The notes: generated by a model not told the origin, from the sequence alone. Positions 1 through 11,731 are shown, counted from the first letter of the stretch. The stretch: 32,182 nt of DNA from Octopus sinensis (GCF_006345805.1 NW_021829668.1:1-32182); one strand, 5' to 3'. Translations and numbers: made by a program.

Positions 1-58
1 TACTATAGTAACAGCCTTAATGCAATAATATGTATATACACATATACACTGAGTATGA

Positions 59-783
59 ATGGTCGACTTTATCAAAGGCTTTTGCAAAGTCAAGATATAT
101 TACATCCACATTTGAGCCATTTAGTAGCTGTTTCAACCCAGTCATAGTGTGCAGGGAGCTGTGTTAGGCAGCCTCTACCTGGTCGAAAATCCATGCTGGG
201 TGTCAGACAGTAAGTCATTTTCTTCAAGGAACATGATTAGTTTCTTACGGACTATTCGTTCCATGACTTTGCTGATGTGTGAGGTCAGAGAGATAGGCCT
301 ATATTTTTAGCATCTGCTCTGCTACCTCCCTTATGGATAGGGCAATTACCCCCTCTTTCAGTTTGACTGGGAGCTTACCACTTGCAAGAAAGCTCTGAAA
401 AAGAAGCTGTAGCGGTTTTGCAAGGGCTCGTGTGCACGATTTGAGAAGGATCGCTGGAATCCATCAGGTCCAGCAGCTGAGTTTGTGTCAATTTCATCAA
501 TGGCTAGTGTGATATCTCTTCTTCGATGTTGATGTACTCAATTTTGTCTCTTTGGTCGCTGGTAAAGTGGCAAAGAATTCTTCTGGGTGTTTACTTGCCT
601 GTGTTCTAGAGGTGTAGTGAACACACTTTGGAACTGTTCATTCAGACTTCACTTATCCTCGTGGGATTTCCTGTGAGAGAGCCATCTTTTTGGAAGAGAG
701 GTCCTATTCTCTGGTGCACTGTGGCTGTCTCTTTGGCAAACTTAAAGAAAGCTTTAGGGTTTGATTTTATATTTTCTATTACC
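59..783 (-). mobile_element. Decayed non-LTR retrotransposon (CR1/L2/Jockey-group) ORF2 fragment: tether plus N-terminal reverse-transcriptase domain, with frameshifts
   Basis: Manual minus-strand translation across frameshifts gives IENIKSNPKAFFKF..NEQFQSVFT, then AAGPDG (460-477), KYRPISLTSHISKVMERIV (~260-306), QHGF/RPGRGCLTQL (~165-198) and DVIYLDFAKAFDKVDH (59-108). These are the canonical non-LTR RT motifs in the correct order. Confidence 0.92.
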
Positions 784-814
784 CATGTGTGTGTGTGTGT
801 GTGTGTGTTGGCGT

Positions 815-975
815 GTTGGTGTGTTTACGTCCACCGTAACTTTCCGGTTCGGCAAAAGAGACAGAAGGATTAAGTACTAGGCTTACAACAAATAAGTCCT
901 GCGTTCGATGTGTTCGACTAAAGGTGCTGTTCTAGTATGGCCGTAATCAAATGACTGAAGCAAGTTAAAGAATAG
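815..975 (+). mobile_element. SINE type A, 3' half only (diverged)
   Basis: Matches the 3' half of the copies at 1453-1890 and 7713-8164 (gtgtttacgtc..ggttcggcaaaagag..aagtactaggcttac..aataagtcct..cgactaaagg..aatgactgaa). Confidence 0.85.
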
Positions 976-1011
976 AAGAAAAACGTATGAAAGAATATAT
1001 ATATACACACT

Positions 1012-1326
1012 GAGACCGCCTTCAGCATGACTGACCATCATGGGATTGCACCTCGAAAGTTACCCACTCAGGAACAAGTCCAGGCAAGGTTGCCCATGCA
1101 TACCGGCATCCCCTCTCCACGCCACCAGTGTTATCCGAGGGAAAGGCAAAGGCCGATACAGCTTGGCACATGTGACGTCGCAACTCATTTCTACAGGTGA
1201 ACGAACTGGAGCATCATGAAATAAAATGTCTTGCTCAAGAACACAACACACAGCCCGGTCCGTGATTCGAATTCACAAACTCACGATCGTAAGCCCTACG
1301 CTCTAACCACTGAGCCATGCGGCTTC
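1012..1326 (-). mobile_element. tRNA-derived SINE, head H2 with tail C
   Basis: The reverse complement begins GAAGCCGCATGGCTCAGTGGTTAGAGCG (A box), continues GAATTCGAATC (B-box-like), then ttgtgttcttgagcaagacattttatttca, which is shared with 25438-25575. The 3' part differs from that copy. Confidence 0.8.
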
Positions 1327-1329
1327 ACA

Positions 1330-1373
<44 letters not shown>

Positions 1374-1452
1374 CTACACATATTCTACATATATATACAG
1401 ACACCTGTGCACCTACGCGTGGATGCAATATATAATAGATATATATGATATA

Positions 1453-1890
1453 GGCGCAGGAGTGGCTGTGTGGTAAGTAGCTTGTTTACCAACCACATGG
1501 TTCCGGGTTCAGTCCCACTGCGTGGCACCTTGGGCAAGTGTCTTCTACTATAGCCTCGGGCCGACCAAAGCTTTGTGAGTGGATTTGGTAGACGGAAACT
1601 GAGAGAAGCCTGTCGTATATATGTGTATATATATATATTATATATATATATATATATATATGCGTGTGTGTGTTTGTGTGTCTGTGTTTGTGTGTCTGTG
1701 TTTGTCCCCCTAGCATTGCTTGACAACCGATGCTGGTGTGTTTACGTCCCCGTCACTTAGCGGTTCGGCAAAAGAGACCGATAGAATAAGTACTGGGCTT
1801 ACAAAGAATAAGTCCTGGGGTCGATTTGCTCGACAAAAAGGCGGTGCTCCAACATGGCCGCAGTCAAATGACTGAAACAAGTAAAAGATA
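1453..1890 (+). mobile_element. SINE type A, full length, with internal (TA)n/(TG)n tract at ~1612-1700
   Basis: Head GGCGCAGGAGTGGCTGTGTGGTAAG..GGTTCAGTCCC (Pol III A/B-box-like), core ccttgggcaagtgtcttctactatagcctcgggccgaccaaagc, and 3' end aaatgactgaaacaagtaaaaga. Closely matching copies lie at 7713 and 16522. Confidence 0.9.
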
Positions 1891-2359
1891 TAAAAAATAA
1901 TATCTATATCTATATCTATTTATATATATGCATTTATGCTTGCATGCCTATGTGCATGCATGCCTGTGTGCATGTAATTACATGTGTGTTTGTGTGTCGG
2001 CGTGTATATATATATATATACATGTGTGCACACGCCTGTTGCCGCATTTGTCTTCCTGTTTGTGTATCTGTTTTAATCTTTATGTAAGGTGTCTTGGGGT
2101 GATTTTCGAGTTAGGATCCATATTATATTTTCTGCTAAACTAATTCCGTTCTCTTACCACAAACTGCTCACTAAACCCACATTGAGGTCCCTCTTAATAT
2201 CTTCTCCGGTTGTTGGATTTTTTTTTTTTTTTTTGTTGTTGCTTTGTTTTGATTATGATGTGGAGTGTTTTCCTTAAAATTGAAATCGTTTTTCCTCCAC
2301 CACATCGAAATCTTCCGCCTACACAATATATTCAATAGCAATCGACGTGCCTTCACAGT

Positions 2360-2730
2360 ACCACCACCAAAGCACTACCGCTGCCACCACCACCGCCGAC
2401 ACCACCACCACCACCACCACCACCACCGCCACCACCACACACCACCGCCGCCGCCGCCGCCGACGCCACCACCAACCACCACCACCACCACCACCACCAC
2501 CTACTGCCTCACTGCCGCTCCCGCCGCCAAAACCGCAACTACCATTCATGGATCTTTAACCACCACTAACATCATCACCGTCATTCCCACCGCCAAAATC
2601 GCCCCCGCCACCAAAACCACAACTACCATACATGGATCTTTAATTACCACTATCATTACCACCGCCATTCCCACCTTCATGATCACATTCACAAGTTGTC
2701 ACCACCACCACCACCACCACCACCACCACT
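2360..2730. repeat. Degenerate (ACC/GCC)n trinucleotide tract with an internal ~80-bp duplication
   Basis: Runs of accaccacc. The unit 'cccgccgccaaaaccgcaactaccattcatggatctttaa' (~2520-2560) recurs at ~2604-2643. Confidence 0.9.
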
Positions 2731-2731
2731 A

Positions 2732-2965
2732 CCTATTTCTTTATTAGCCGCAAGGGGCTAAATACAGAGGGGACAAACAAGGACAGACATAGGTATTAAG
2801 TCGATTACATCGACCCAGTGCGTAAATGGTACTTAATTTATCGACCCCGAAAGGATGAAAGGCAAAGTCGACTTCGGCGGAATTTGAACTCAGAACATAA
2901 CGGCAGACGAAATACGGCTACACATTTCGCCCAGCGTGCTAACGTTTTTCCCACCACACCGCCTT
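2732..2965 (-). mobile_element. SINE type B, full length, tail D
   Basis: Reverse complement of the 26692-26924 unit: head aaggcgg..gaaacgttagcacg, core gtcgactttgcctttcatcctttcggggtcgataaattaagtacca, tail gtctgtccttgtttgtcccctctg..aaagaaatagg. Confidence 0.9.
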
Positions 2966-2966
2966 C

Positions 2967-3018
<52 letters not shown>
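2967..3018. repeat. (AAT)n microsatellite
   Basis: Perfect aat run. Confidence 0.98.
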
Positions 3019-3021
<3 letters not shown>

Positions 3022-3561
3022 TAACTACCCTGATGCAGTACCAGGCAGTGGCTTTCATGGCTTCTGATCTTAACTGATTGGAAGTGTTATCATGTACATT
3101 GTTTTGTCTTGGTATAAAAGATGGGCTACAGCAAATATTCTGCTCAATACCACAGATTTGCTTGTCAGTTGTTTGACCTTAACCAGTTGAGCATGTCCCT
3201 TAGTGGCTGACGATATGTGCATCTCTGATCACGAGCAGAAGAAGTAGTGGGGGAGCATCATAGCCATGTGTTGAGAGGGATTCTTTGGAAACATGCGTGG
3301 TTCTTTCAACATCCTTAAACAACCCTTATTCAGGGACCGTTTGAGCAGGATGGGCTACTCAACCTGAAGAAAATTCTAACTGGGGCCCCACCTGCAAGGT
3401 CATGTGCTGTTTATCTTGATATGAGATCACCATGTCGCGCACATATGGTTGTGATGCATGTGCCTGGTGTACCTTTCTCAGACGGGTAGTCATGATGGGT
3501 ATATGGGCTTCGTATATTTTACCCCAGTGTCACTTTGATGGCATGAACTGCTCTCTCACTC
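3022..3561. mobile_element. ~540-bp non-coding, probably interspersed element bounded by (AAT)n arrays on both sides
   Basis: Complex sequence with sharp boundaries into (AAT)n on both sides and no useful ORF. It resembles a high-copy octopus repeat from memory, but only one copy is present here, so repetitiveness is not shown by this window. Confidence 0.5.
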
Positions 3562-3624
3562 AATAATAATAATAACAATGATAACAATGATAATAATGAT
3601 AATAATGATAATAATAATAATAAT

Positions 3625-3701
<77 letters not shown>

Positions 3702-3772
3702 CAACAACAACAACAACAACCACATCAACACCAACAACAACAATAACAATAATAATAACAATAATAATAATG
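3562..3772. repeat. Compound (AAT)n/(AAC)n microsatellite
   Basis: Alternating aat and aac runs. This is the source of the poly-L/I/T ORFs. Confidence 0.97.
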
Positions 3773-4090
3773 ATTTCAAAGCATGCAATTTTGAGGGAGG
3801 GGTGAGTCGATTAGATCAACACCAGGATTCAAATGGTACTCATTTTAACGACCACCGAAGGTATAATTAATAATCATTTCTAATCGAGGCACAAGGCCCT
3901 AAAAATTCGTAGGGTGGGGATAAGTCGATTACAACGACACCAGTCCCAAACTGGTACTTATTTTATCGACCCAGAAAGGATGAAAGGCAAAGTCAACCTC
4001 GACGGAATTCGAACTTTTAACTTAACGACAGACGAAATGCCACTAAGCAATTTGACCTGCGCGGTAAAGTTTCTGCCATTACACCGCCTT
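3770..4090 (-). mobile_element. SINE type B (diverged, tail E) at 3868-4090, followed in element orientation by a 5'-truncated second unit at 3770-3862
   Basis: Core 'ggtacttattttatcgacccagaaaggatgaaaggcaaagtcaacctc' and head end 'acaccgcctt' at 4081-4090. Second core 'gagtcgattagatc..ggtactcattttaacgaccaccgaagg' at ~3805-3861. Confidence 0.75.
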
Positions 4091-4394
4091 GAATAGTGGG
4101 ATATGTTAGATTGTGTTGCTATAAGCCGGAATAATCTCCTTCTGGCTCTTATGAAGGCGTTCAGTGGATTAACGACAACAACCATCGTCGACCAATCAGA
4201 ACCATCGACCAAAATCCAAAATCCAGCATTGATCCAGTATAATCCGTCACGTACCGATCACTATCGCTACCACCGCAGCCATCCTTCCACTAAGAACCGT
4301 CCTAAACTGTAGGATACTAATCATCCGCTAACAGCATCAGAGGGGTTTGCTGTCAAGTACTCAATTCTACCATTCATGATCGGACACCGCAACC

Positions 4395-4960
4395 TTCACC
4401 AGCAACGTCAGTGCCATCACCACCACCACCACCACCACCACCACCAACACCATCACCAACACCACTACCATCACCACCACCACCACCACCACCACCACCA
4501 TCATCAACATCATCATCATTATCACCACTACCATCATCATCACCACCACCACCACCAACACCACCAACACCACTACCATCACCACCACCACCACCACCAC
4601 GACACCACCACCACCACCACTACCATCGCTACCTACACTAATTCCACGAAGACACCCACCACTACCACCACCACAACCACCACCACCACCACCATCACCA
4701 CCACCATCACCACCACCACCACCATCACCACCACCACCACCACCATCATCACGACGACCACCACCACGACGATGACCACCACGACCACAACCACCACCAC
4801 CACGACCACCACCACCACCACCACCACTACCATCGCTACCTACACCAATTCCAAAAAGACACCCACCTCCACCACTGCCACCACCACCGTCACACTACCA
4901 CACCACCACAACCACCACACAACCACCACCAATACAACAAAGGCACCCCCTCATCCCGCC
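4395..4960. repeat. Degenerate (ACC/ATC)n tract with a 207-bp-period internal duplication
   Basis: 'taccatcgctacctacac.aattcca..aagacacccacc' occurs at 4621 and at 4828. Confidence 0.9.
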
Positions 4961-5439
4961 TCCTCCCACTATCGCTTCCCGTTTTTATATTTCTGTCAAC
5001 ATTTATCATAATATATTTTCTCTTCTATCACCCCGGGAGTGTTTATATCATTTTCTTTTACAACTGACTTCCCCACCCACACTACACCCCTACACACCCA
5101 GTCCTCCCGCCACACATATGTCTTTTCCTTTCTTTCTTTCTTTCTTTCTTTACTCATTTATCTATTTATGTACTTATTTATTTATTAGTGTATTTCATTT
5201 TATCTCTTTATAATCTTAACTTCTACCACACCTCATTCCCTGACTCCTCCTCCTCCCCCTGCTCTCCTCCTCTTCCTCCGTCTATGTTTGTTATTTATTT
5301 ACCTTGCCCCACGATCTCTTTTGTTTTCTTGTTTGCTAATTTTTTTATCTTTGACTTTTCTTTGATTTTTGTTTTTTTCTCGGTGTTTTTCTAACATCTA
5401 TCTAGGGGTGTCAGAACGTGTGTTTTTCCTTTGTACATC

Positions 5440-5497
5440 TATGTACATACGTATGTATCTATGCACGAATATTCTGCTTCCTATATTTGCGTAGTAT

Positions 5498-5532
<35 letters not shown>

Positions 5533-6060
5533 TTATTATATATACACATGTCACATACATAGATACATGCATGCACACATGCATGGTTACATATATACAT
5601 ACATACATGTATGCATGTATGCAAGTATGAATTTATGTATATATATATATATATATATATGTGTGTATGTGGTGTGTTATTGTGGCTGTGTGCGTGTATA
5701 TATATATTATATAATATATATACATATAATATATAACATACATAACTACGTTCATATATATATGCATATTTATATATATAAATATATATATATTTGTATG
5801 TATATATATATAATATATTATTAAAAATTTAATAGCAACATCACCATTCTTCACTTCTTTTATATATATGTGGATATATAGATATATGAGATATATATCT
5901 GATATGTCTATATATATCATAATATATATTATATATATATATATATGTGATACATATATCATATATATATATATTCATATATATATATATATATGTATAT
6001 GTATATATTTTTGTATATATATATATGTATGTGTGTATGTGTTTATCTGTTGTGTGTATT
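5440..6060. repeat. Compound (TA)n/(TG)n/(CATA)n low-complexity region
   Basis: Directly visible dinucleotide and tetranucleotide runs. Confidence 0.95.
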
Positions 6061-6329
6061 TGGGTGAGCATATGTTGTTTAATTTACCCCTATTCCGCTT
6101 TACACTCATACACTACCTCATACTCTTACCCAATGATCAACCACTACCATCACCGCAACAATAACTTCAACAACGTTTCCTTGCGGTTTGTTTCGTAATA
6201 CTTTTGTTTTTCTGTTGTTGTTTAGCCCCAGGTCAGTGCTGGTGGGGGAAGATCTATGATCTGACTGAGAATATGACTTACTGTCCACACGAACTGTCAC
6301 ATATCATTTACAACCACCGTCTATTTACG

Positions 6330-6830
6330 ACCTCGGTTTCCACCATCGCCACCTCCATCATCATCCTCATCATTATTATCATCACCACCATCCACAACCA
6401 CCACCACCACCACCACCACCACCACCACCACCATCACCCATCATCATCATCACCAACACCACTACCATCACCACGACTATCATCATCATTACAAGCACCA
6501 CGAACGCCATTACCATCACCACCACTACCATCACCATCATCCCCACCACCATCATCTTCATCATCATTATCATATCATCATCACCACCACTACCATCACC
6601 ACCACCACCAAAACCATCTTCACCAGCACCAGCACCACCAGCACCAAAACCATCTTCACCAGCACCAGCACCAGCACCACCAAAAGCATCTTCACCAGCA
6701 CCAGCACCAGCACTCCCATTACCACCCTCAAGAAGAAGAAGAACAACAACACAACTGCAGCAACAATAACAACTAAAGCAATAACAGTAACCACCATCGC
6801 CACCAAATATCAGTATTATCTCCACCATCA
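6330..6830. repeat. (ACC/ATC)n tract containing a 3-copy ~36-39-bp minisatellite (~6600-6712)
   Basis: The unit 'caccaaaa(c/g)catcttcaccagcaccagcacca(cca)g' occurs three times. Confidence 0.85.
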
Positions 6831-6923
6831 CCTTTAACGCAAAGTAACTGGAGAAATTTTTATGGGATGGTACGACTTGCAAAAAACATTAGCCGAATAT
6901 CTCCTCTTAAGGAAAAGAGCAAA

Positions 6924-7077
6924 GGTGCACGCGTGGCTGTGTAGTAAGAAGGTTGCTTCCCAACCACATATTTCTGGGTTCAGTCCCACAGCGTGGCATG
7001 TTAGGAAGGTGTCTTCTACTATAGGCTCGGTTTGATCGAAGCCTTGTAAAGTAAACAGAAACTGATAGAGCCCGTGT
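6924..7077 (+). mobile_element. SINE type A, 5' half (diverged)
   Basis: gtggctgtgtagtaagaagg..gggttcagtcccacagcgtggca..gtgtcttctactata..gaaactga..agcccgt, followed by the expected (TA)n/(TG)n tract to ~7290. Confidence 0.85.
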
Positions 7078-7213
7078 ATGTATATATATATATATATATA
7101 TATTACATATATCTATATATATATATATACTATATATATTATATATATATATATATAATATATCTATATATATATATATATATATGTGGGTGTGTGTGTG
7201 TGTGGTGTGTGTG

Positions 7214-7253
<40 letters not shown>

Positions 7254-7473
7254 TTGTGTATGTGTGTCTGTGTCTGTGTACGTGTGCATGTGAATAGAGA
7301 ACAGTCACCATATTTCATTCCATATAGGCTACCTCTGATGAGCGTATGGTTATGTAATCGGATTACTACCTAACATTCTGCTGAATCCCTAGCGCGAAAT
7401 TGATCGGTAACAGCGGCCGTAATGGATATACAATACACCACACTTCGGATAATATATATATATATATATATAT

Positions 7474-7683
7474 GGTTTGTGTGTCTGTGCTTGTCCCTCA
7501 CCATCGTTCGACAACCAATGCTGGGGTGTTTATGTCCCCGTAAGTTAGCGGTTCGGCAAAAGTGACCGATAGAACAAGTACTAGGCTTACAAAGAATAAG
7601 TCCTGGGGTCGATATGTTCGACTAAAGGCGGTGCTCCAGCATAGCAGGAGTGAAATGACTGAAACAAATTAAAACATAAAAGA
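7474..7683 (+). mobile_element. SINE type A, 3' half
   Basis: gacaaccaatgctggggtgtttatgtccccgtaagttagcggttcggcaaaag..gaataagtcctggggtcgat..aaatgactgaaacaa. Confidence 0.88.
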
Positions 7684-7712
7684 TATATATACATATATAT
7701 ATAAACAATATG

Positions 7713-7890
7713 GGCGTAGGAGTGGCTGTGTGGTAAGTAGCTTGCTTACCAACCACATGGTCCCGGGTTCAGTCCCACTGCGTGGGACCTTGGGCAAGTG
7801 TCTTCTACTATATCCTCGGGCCAACCAAAGCCTTGTGAGTGGATTTGGTAGACGGAAACTGAAAGAAGCTCGTCGTCTATATGTATAATA

Positions 7891-7932
<42 letters not shown>

Positions 7933-8164
7933 AATATATATATATATATATGTATGTTGTGTGTGTTTGCGTGTCTGCGGTTGTCCCAACATCGCTTGAC
8001 AACCGATGCTGGTGTTTTTACGTCCGAGTAACTTAGCGGTTCGGTAAAAGTGACCGATAGAATAAGTACTAGGCTTACAAAGAATAAGTCTTGGGGTCGA
8101 TTTGCTCGACTAAAGGCTGTGCTCCAGCATGGCCACAGTCAAATGACTGAAACAAGTAAAAGAG
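7713..8164 (+). mobile_element. SINE type A, full length, internal (TA)n/(TG)n at ~7877-7975
   Basis: Closely matches 1453-1890 in both halves. Confidence 0.92.
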
Positions 8165-8534
8165 GAAGATATATATATATATATATATATGAAAAGTTTC
8201 TGATTTCAAGGGCATCGCGAAAGGCCTTGCTGGAAGCCTAACCTTCCCAGGTCTTTTACAGGGGTCAGAAAAACCCTAGGACTGCTGCAACAACTGTGTG
8301 AATCTGAGAGGAGAATATATTGAATAAAATTATGATTAACTGATCCTCCTCCATTTTCTTTTTACCCAATGCAAGGAACATTTTAGCGCACCCCGACATC
8401 AGTCTGCGTATGTGTGCGTGCGTATGTGTGTGTGTGTATGTGTGTGTGTGTGTGTTGTGTGTGTGTGTGTGTGTGTGTTGTGTATGTGCGTTTGCTCTGT
8501 CAATATTATAATGGAAATTCGACTGTCTACGTTC

Positions 8535-8682
8535 TAAGTTCAAATTTTAGCCGAGGTCGACTTTGCCTTTCATCCTTTCGGGAGTCGATAAATTAAGTAC
8601 CAGTTGCGTACTGGGGTCGATTTAATCGACTGCACCCCCCCACCCCAAATAAAAAATTCTGGTCTTGTGCTTAGAATAGAAA
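8535..8682 (+). mobile_element. SINE type B, 5'-truncated, tail E
   Basis: gccgaggtcgactttgcctttcatcctttcgggagtcgataaattaagtaccagttgcgtactggggtcgatttaatcgact, then cccc..aaattctggtcttgtgcttagaatagaaa. Confidence 0.88.
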
Positions 8683-8689
8683 AAAAAAA

Positions 8690-11100
8690 TTATAATCGGA
8701 CTGATCAACCATGGCCACAACAGCGACGATAACAACCACGACGACGATGTCAATGGTAAAGGTGACGCCGCCGGCGGGATTGGTGACTGACAACACCACC
8801 ACCACCACCACCACTTTGACTAGGTACATCAACAACAACAACAGCAACAACAACAGACTATCGTTGTTTTTGTTGTTGCTGTAATTCTAAAAAGCTGATA
8901 ATTTCGTGATTTGGTTCGCCATCTGATTTAGATGGCAGAGGGATGATAGCAGCGATTGCGGTGGTTGGTATGGGGGTAGTAGTGTTAGATGGTATTCCAG
9001 TGGTGATGATGGTAGTGGTACCGGTGGTGGTTGTGGTTGTGGCGTTTGTGGTTGTTTTATACAAGTGATGATGGTGACGGTGGATTTTGGATATTGTAGT
9101 GAAGGTGGATGTTTTGTAGTAGTGGTGCTGATTGTGGTGGTGGTGGCTGTGGTTGTGTTGGTTGTGTGGTGGTTGTGATGGTGGTGGTTGTGGAGGTAGT
9201 TGTGTTGGTTGTGTGGTGGTTGTCGTGGTGGTGGTGATTGTGGTTGTGGTGGTTTTGGTGGTAGTGGTTGTGGTGGTGTTGGTGGTGGTGATAGTTGTGG
9301 TGATGGTGGTTGTGGTGGTGGTTGTGGTGGTGGTAGTGGTGGTAGTGGCGGTGATGGTGATGGTGGTGGTGGTTGTTTTATACTAGTAATGATGTTGACA
9401 GTGGTGGTGAATATTGTGGTGATGGCATTTGTTTTGTGGTAGTGGTTGTGATGGTGGTGGTGGTGGTGTCGGTGGTTTTTGTAATACCGTTGTTGTTATT
9501 GTGCTAGTGGTGATGTATCTGGTTGTGGTGGCGGTGGTGGTAGTAGTGGTAGGATGGCAGTTAATGTATTAATGGTGAGGGAGGTGGTGGAGGATATTAT
9601 GGCAGTGGTGATACTATTTAGTAGTGGCGAAAGTGATGGAGTTTGGCTTTGAAGCAGCAGTGTTATTGTTGTTAGTAATTGTGACAGTGATGGTGGTGAT
9701 GGTGGTGATGGTGGTGTTGGTGAGGTGGCGGCGTTGGTGTGATGTGGTAGTAGTGAGGGTGGGTGTGGTGGCGGTGGTATTGATGGTGGTAGCGGTGCTG
9801 GTGTCGACGGTGCTGGTAGTGATTGTCGTGATGTCAGGGTGGTAGTGGTGGTGGTAGTGGTGGTGGTGGAGGCGGTTGCGGAGGCAGCGGCGGCGTTGGT
9901 GGGTGTGGAAGTGGTGAGGGTAGGTGTGGCGGCGGTGATGTTGATGGTGGTAGTGGTGCTGGTGTTGACGGTGCTGGTAGTGATTGTGCTGGTGTGATAT
10001 TGGTGGTTGTGCTGTTGAAGGTGGTAGTGGTGGCAGCGGCGGCAGTGGTGGTAGTGGTGGTGGTGGTATGATATATGTGGTAGTGATGATGGTGATAGGA
10101 TGACGATGGTGGCGACGGTATTGACGGTGTTGAGAATGGGGGTGGCGAGGAAGGTTGCGTAAGATACAGAAAAGAAAGGAAGCTGGCAACACAAGATGAC
10201 ATTCCTTTGAGCTGAGACAAAGATGTGAGGGGCGATGGGAGATTTTGGTGACATACGAAGTCGGTAGGAGGAATGACGGTGTTGTGCCAGTTGGGTGGAT
10301 GATGGTGGTTGTGGTGGTGGTGGTGCAGGTGATGTAGGTGGTGTACTTTATCGTACTGGTGGGTGTCGTGGAGGAGGAGGTGTTCTTATCGTGGAGGAGG
10401 CGATGGTTGTAGAAGAGGAGGCGATCTTTGTTGTCGTTGAGTTAGCAGTAGATATTATTATAATAGTAGTAGCAAAAGGCAGTGGAAATAGTGATGGTGG
10501 AGGTGCTGATGGCAGTGGTGGTGGTAGTGGTGGTGATATTAGTGGTGTTGATGTTGACGGCAATGACGAAGGTGTTTGCGGTATTCGTTGTTACGTTTGT
10601 GGTGATGGTGGTGGCATTGACGATGCGGCTTGTCATAACGGCGGTATTGTTGGTGGAGTTCGAGGAAGTGGTGGTCATGGAAGTGGGGAATGGCGATTTA
10701 TCGTGGTCTTGTTGGTGACGATAGCAATGACCGAGGTGATGGTGGTGCAGGTTATAATGGTAGTGGTGATGATGGTGGTGGTGGTGGTGGTGGTGACGGT
10801 CTTGATAGTGTAGTGGTGATGATGGTGGTGGTGGTGACGGTGTTGATAGTGATGGTGGAGACGATAGGGGTGACGGTGATGATGGTGGTGATGTTGGTGT
10901 GGAGATGGAGATTGTATAAATAGGGGTGATGGAGGTGATGGTTGTGGGTTGATGATGATGTTGATGATGATGCAAATGTCTGTGTTAGCTGTGAGCAAGT
11001 CGGTGGTGATGCTGAAGGTATTGTTGGAGACAGTGGTTCAGTTAGAGATGGTGGTGGTGGTGGTGGTGGTGGTGGAAGTACAGGTGTAAAACATAACTGT
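8690..11100. repeat. ~2.4-kb cryptic trinucleotide region, (AAC/ACC)-like to ~8880 and (GGT/GAT/GTT)-like thereafter, with internal duplications (161-bp period at 9753/9914; ~40-bp period at ~10765-10850)
   Basis: 3-bp periodicity is visible throughout. 'gtgagggt(g/a)ggtgtgg..gacggtgctggtagtgattgt' starts at 9753 and at 9914. Confidence 0.9.
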
Positions 11101-11275
11101 GTTAGTGGTGTGGAAGATGCGCTTGATTGCGGTGGAAATAGTGCAGCTGGCTTGAAGGAATTAGAGCTGTTATGTGGAAGAAGTGCATAAAGTGTGAATA
11201 TAGGTTCGCGGGGGCGCGGCGGAGGGAGAGAAAAGTGAACGGGAGCATATATGCGTAAGAGTGAGTCTGTAACAT

Positions 11276-11316
<41 letters not shown>

Positions 11317-11540
11317 TATATATATACTCTCATCTGTGGTGTGGTGTGTGTGTATGTGTGAATAACAGTGTGTATATTTATATAATGTGGTATATAGTTC
11401 AGTGAAACCATTGAAGACGTCACTGTGTGGCACAGTGTGCCACAAAGGTGGTGGTTTCACAAATGATAAGAAATTATATGTATACAAGCATACAAACGTA
11501 CGCACACATGCATACACATACATGCACACAGACAAGCGTG

Positions 11541-11584
11541 CGAACGCATACATATAGATGCGAACGCATACATATAGATGCGAA
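11541..11584. repeat. 20-bp perfect tandem duplication
   Basis: cgaacgcatacatatagatg x2, followed by cgaa. Confidence 0.95.
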
Positions 11585-11731
11585 TGAAAGTATGCTGCCA
11601 AAATTATATATGTAATTTTTAAAGACACAAAACACACACATGTATATGCGAGTGTGTGTATAGAAAATACAAACATACACTCGCATATACATATGTAGAT
11701 ATATATGCCGAAGTATGCGTGTATGTGTGTG

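Noticed and set aside
4376-5011. 211-aa His/Thr-rich ORF with a repeated TIATYTNS motif
   Set aside because: It is a translation of an (ACC)n tract. The in-frame 207-bp duplication is expected from slippage in a triplet repeat, and the His-to-Thr switch marks a phase slip.
5418-6198. Numerous YI/CV/HT-repeat ORFs here and throughout the window
   Set aside because: These are translations of (TA)n, (TG)n, (CATA)n and (AGAT)n repeats, which lack stop codons in most frames.
7335-7399. CTGATGA-gcg...cgc-GAAA hammerhead-like match
   Set aside because: Stem II is only 3 bp around a ~50-nt loop, and no arrangement gives both a paired stem III and an NUH cleavage triplet.
9496-10254. 252-aa and overlapping Thr/Pro/His-rich ORFs resembling a mucin
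   Set aside because: They lie in a cryptic trinucleotide field that is open in several frames on both strands. The internal duplication has a 161-bp period (not a multiple of 3), so the Thr-rich phase switches frame. I found no signal peptide or convincing splice structure.
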